Source: Alphaproteobacteria bacterium
GTDB lineage: Bacteria; Pseudomonadota; Alphaproteobacteria; JABAAW01; JAHZMA01
Assembly (NCBI GenBank): GCA_965243045.1
Contig: CBDETR010000004.1
Location: 759,985 to 823,984 of the forward strand
Length of the DNA: 64,000 nucleotides
Direction: 5' to 3'
A program made the translations under genes and the position numbers. Position 1 is the stretch's first letter. Each line of letters begins with the position of its first letter. Below are positions 61,115-64,000 of this stretch, piece after piece. Under the pieces are notes generated by a model that searched no databases, was not told where the DNA came from, and saw only the letters and a list, made by a program, of their open reading frames with translations.

Positions 61115-61837
61115 ATGTCAGAATTAATTTTTATCCCCAGCCGTATGCAAGCCATGCGTTTGCCAAATAAACCATTGTTAGAGATTAACAATATCCCCAT
61201 GATTATACAAGTTATGAAGCGCGCCCAAGAGGCAGATTGTGCAAAAGTTATTGTGGCTGCTGGTGATGAAGAAATTGTAGAAACGGTTAAGGCGCATGGT
61301 GGCGAGGCTATTTTAACCGATAATGATTTGCCATCTGGCACCGATAGAATTTGGCAAGCCTATCAGCGGTTTGGGAGCGATGCAAAATTTATTATGAATT
61401 TGCAAGGTGATTTACCAAATATCAATGCAGAAGTTATTCGTGATGCTTTTATTGTAGCGCAAAAAAGCGGTGCTGATATTACCACCCCGATTGCACCGAT
61501 GAATGATGAAGAAGAAATTAATAATGAAAATGTGGTAAAAGCCGCGATGTTATTGGAAGAAAATCAGCAACATGCCCGTGCTTTGTATTTCTCGCGTGTG
61601 CCAATTCCTTTTAATACCCCTATCTATTACCACCATGTTGGGCTTTATGTATTCACCCATAAAGCGTTACAAACATTTGTTGGCTTGCCCCAAACGGCGT
61701 TAGAAAAAACCGAACGGTTAGAGCAATTACGTGCATTGCAGGCGGGAATGCATATTGAGGGGTTTTTAACCCATCATATTCCGTTAGGTGTTGACACAAA
61801 AGATGATTTAGAAAAAATTCGTGTATTGATGAAATAA
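61115..61837 (+). CDS. kdsB: 3-deoxy-manno-octulosonate cytidylyltransferase
   Basis: IPSRMQAMRLPNKPL N-terminal signature. 240 aa. Confidence 0.9.
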   Translation: MSELIFIPSRMQAMRLPNKPLLEINNIPMIIQVMKRAQEADCAKVIVAAGDEEIVETVKAHGGEAILTDNDLPSGTDRIWQAYQRFGSDAKFIMNLQGDLPNINAEVIRDAFIVAQKSGADITTPIAPMNDEEEINNENVVKAAMLLEENQQHARALYFSRVPIPFNTPIYYHHVGLYVFTHKALQTFVGLPQTALEKTERLEQLRALQAGMHIEGFLTHHIPLGVDTKDDLEKIRVLMK

Positions 61838-62709
61838 TGGTAGAAAATAAAAAATCAATTGGCTTTCAGGGGGTTGAGGGCGCGTTTTCGCATCAGGCGG
61901 CACGGCAATTATTTGCTGATGCGGATTACATGCCTTATTTTAGCTTTGATGATTTGGTGCAAGCCACTGAAAAGGCTGAGGTGGATTACGCGGTAATTCC
62001 AATTGAAAACTCTACAGGTGGGCGTGTGGCAGAGTTTCATCATTTGTTACTTGATACGAATTTACAGATTATTGAAGAATTTTTTATGCCGATTAAGCAT
62101 GATTTGCTAGGTTTTAAGGCAAGCACGCTTGATGATATTAGGCAAGTTTTATCGCACCCGCAGGCTTTGGCGCAATGTAATCAGTTTCTTGCTGGCATGA
62201 ATCAGATTGGGTTAATTCCTCATGCTGATACGGCAGGCTCGGCAAAAGAAATTTCAGAAACAAAGCGTAAAGATAGAGCTGCCATTGCATCGCGTTTGGC
62301 GGCAGATATTTATGATTTAGAAATATTGGCAGAGAATATTCACAATAAAGATGATAATACCACGCGCTTTTTAGTGATGACGCGTCAGGGATTGGTAAAG
62401 AAACCGCCTTTGATTGATGAGACTGACAATGGTTTGAATCACTATATCACCAGCGTTGCTTATCAACTTCGTTCGGTGCCTGCCGCGCTTTATAAAACAT
62501 TGGGTGGTTTTGCCACAGGCGGCATTAATTTGGTCAAGCTAGAAAGCTATATTGATATGGGTAAAAATAAAGAAGCGTGGTTTTACATAGAGATTATGGC
62601 GCATCCTGATGATAAAGCCATGCAACAAGCCATGCGTGAGTTAGAATTATTTACGCATCAAGTGAGGGTTTTAGGGGTTTATAAGGCATCAGATTGGCGT
62701 GGCAGTTAA
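61837..62709 (+). CDS. pheA: Prephenate dehydratase
   Basis: PDT domain (FQGVEGAFS) plus C-terminal ACT domain. Confidence 0.85.
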   Translation: MVENKKSIGFQGVEGAFSHQAARQLFADADYMPYFSFDDLVQATEKAEVDYAVIPIENSTGGRVAEFHHLLLDTNLQIIEEFFMPIKHDLLGFKASTLDDIRQVLSHPQALAQCNQFLAGMNQIGLIPHADTAGSAKEISETKRKDRAAIASRLAADIYDLEILAENIHNKDDNTTRFLVMTRQGLVKKPPLIDETDNGLNHYITSVAYQLRSVPAALYKTLGGFATGGINLVKLESYIDMGKNKEAWFYIEIMAHPDDKAMQQAMRELELFTHQVRVLGVYKASDWRGS

Positions 62710-62764
62710 ATTAGCAGTTAAGGGTTATTTTGTGGTTGTTTAATACCTTGAGCTTTAAGGAATT

Positions 62765-63274
62765 TTAATGCCCTAAATGATAAGGGTGCCGGTCTCGAAT
62801 AGTGGTGGCGCGGTAAATTTGCTCTAACAGTTTTATCACGGTCACTTTCTAAATAAGTCATTACACGTACAGCATCACTCGCACAAGCTCATGTGGCCAG
62901 ATATTTTTACCAAAGGCAATTTTTCTATCGCTTGTTTTTAACAAATCTTCTGAAAGCCCATCTGCACCACCAATCAGAAAATGAACGGACTGCCCATTAT
63001 TCTCTGCTTGTTCTAATAATTGTGCAAATGCTTCTGATGTGATTGTCTCGCCATTGGCATCTAAGGCGATGGTAAAATTTCCTCCATTGGTTTTGCGTGT
63101 CATTTTTTGCTGAAAGATTTTTGTTTCTTGTTGCAATCGCGCTGGTGCAGATTTTTCTTTGCTGGCAGTAATCTCAATGATATGTAGATTTTTGAGACGC
63201 TTTTCATAAAGTGTTGCGCTTTCAATAAAAATTTGACGCAATTTGCCAACGGCATAAATCGTGATGGGGGTCAC
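62765..63274 (-). CDS. rlmH: 23S rRNA (pseudouridine1915-N3)-methyltransferase RlmH, disrupted by a 42-nt in-frame insertion carrying stop codons
   Basis: SPOUT fold (...FLIGGADGL..., WPHELVRVM). After the TAA/TGA/TAG-containing 42 nt (62831-62872), the same frame encodes the canonical C-terminus LLEQIYRATTIRDRHPYHLGH*. Confidence 0.7.
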
Positions 63275-63621
63275 TTGATTTTTTCCTGTTTGCTATCGCC
63301 CCAAATCCCTTCAATATGATAATATTCACGCACTTCCTCGCGCATGATATGCACAATCACATCGCCTGCATCTAGCACAACCCAATCGCATTTTCCGTCC
63401 CCTTCACTGGCAACATCCATTTTTTCTTGCCTGATGCGCGTCATGACATTTTCAGCAATAGAGCCCACATGCCGTGCCGAGCTTCCCGTCGCCACCACCA
63501 TATAATCGGTGAAATTGCTTTTATTTTTAAGCGATAGGGTGACCGGATTGATGGCTTTGTTATCATCTATCGTTTGATTGATAAGATGAAGCAAATCATC
63601 GGCTGATAAAATATGATTCAT
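63271..63621 (-). CDS. rsfS: Ribosomal silencing factor RsfS (Iojap)
   Basis: DYMVVATGSSARHVGSIAENV motif. 116 aa. Confidence 0.85.
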   Translation of the reverse strand: MNHILSADDLLHLINQTIDDNKAINPVTLSLKNKSNFTDYMVVATGSSARHVGSIAENVMTRIRQEKMDVASEGDGKCDWVVLDAGDVIVHIMREEVREYYHIEGIWGDSKQEKIK

Positions 63622-64000
63622 AGAATGTTGCTTTGCCGAATAAGGGTAGAAGAGGTTGGATGGGTTTTTCCATCAAGATAAATCAATTTGTGACGATGCT
63701 TGACTATAAAAGAATTATCATATCGATTCAAGCCTTGCAATTTGCCGCGAAAACGCAACAGGCTAGGATAATGGTAATCATCGCGCCTGATAATGGCAAT
63801 GGGTAGTTGCTTCATTATTTGCGAGGCATGATGCCATTGTGGTAATTCATATAAATTATCGGAACCTATCAGTAAAAAAAATTGCTGATGTGGAAAAGCG
63901 CGTTTTAAGGTTTTAAGGGTTTGAAAACTATATTGTTGTTGGAAAATTGTTTCAGGCGTGGCAATTTCAATCGGGAAGGGTGCATATTGCTTGGTAATTT
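63618..64000 (-). CDS. nadD: Nicotinate-nucleotide adenylyltransferase, C-terminal part; gene continues beyond the window end
   Basis: The - strand ORF is open to the window end (...PIEIATPETIFQQQYSFQTLKTLKRAFP...IGSDNL...SSTLIR). The ORF-track Met at 63815 is internal. Confidence 0.8.
   Translation of the reverse strand, partial: ITKQYAPFPIEIATPETIFQQQYSFQTLKTLKRAFPHQQFFLLIGSDNLYELPQWHHASQIMKQLPIAIIRRDDYHYPSLLRFRGKLQGLNRYDNSFIVKHRHKLIYLDGKTHPTSSTLIRQSNIL

Noticed and set aside
62710-62764. CCTTGAGCTTTAAGG hairpin as a bidirectional terminator between pheA and rlmH
   Set aside because: Only a 4-bp stem and no U-run on either strand. Too weak to call.
1-64000. Mobile elements (IS/transposase/integrase) or prophage genes
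   Set aside because: No ORF with transposase, integrase, or phage capsid/terminase features. No terminal inverted repeats flanking the accessory patch were detected by eye.

Overview
The window is a low-GC (~38-40%) proteobacterial chromosome segment. Gene content and order (cycM-kdsB-pheA; rimP-nusA-[YlxR/L7Ae]-infB-rbfA; ELM1-family gene) fit an alphaproteobacterium of Rhizobiales type. This taxon call is inference from gene order only. Most of the window is housekeeping: lspA-ileS, the rimP-nusA-infB-rbfA cluster, xseA, pgm-galU, recG, pgi, accA, degP, rarA, kdsB-pheA and nadD-rsfS-rlmH. It also holds two ABC uptake operons (a Dpp/Opp-like operon, and an amide/amino-acid operon with an amidase), a tandem pair of MFS paralogs, and a yqaA-dsbB-coq7 cluster. 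An accessory-looking patch at ~10.9-18 kb contains a NalP/SphB1-like lipoprotein subtilase autotransporter, a GATase1 protein, an AraC regulator, and an SDR + flavin monooxygenase pair. I found no rRNA, tRNA, CRISPR array, transposase or integrase. The most unusual locus is 7563-9688 (- strand). It encodes a catalytically degenerate ABC-ATPase-like domain fused to a ~500-aa hyper-acidic tail with tandem repeats, and the gene is broken by a repeat-associated frameshift. Other anomalies: a 42-nt in-frame insertion carrying stop codons inside rlmH, with the canonical C-terminus intact after it; a BtuF/HmuT-like binding-protein gene frameshifted in a C-run, next to a DUF1636 gene; an orphan HTH-fused N6-adenine DNA methyltransferase; and several coding microsatellites (NusA (EP)n, subtilase poly-N).
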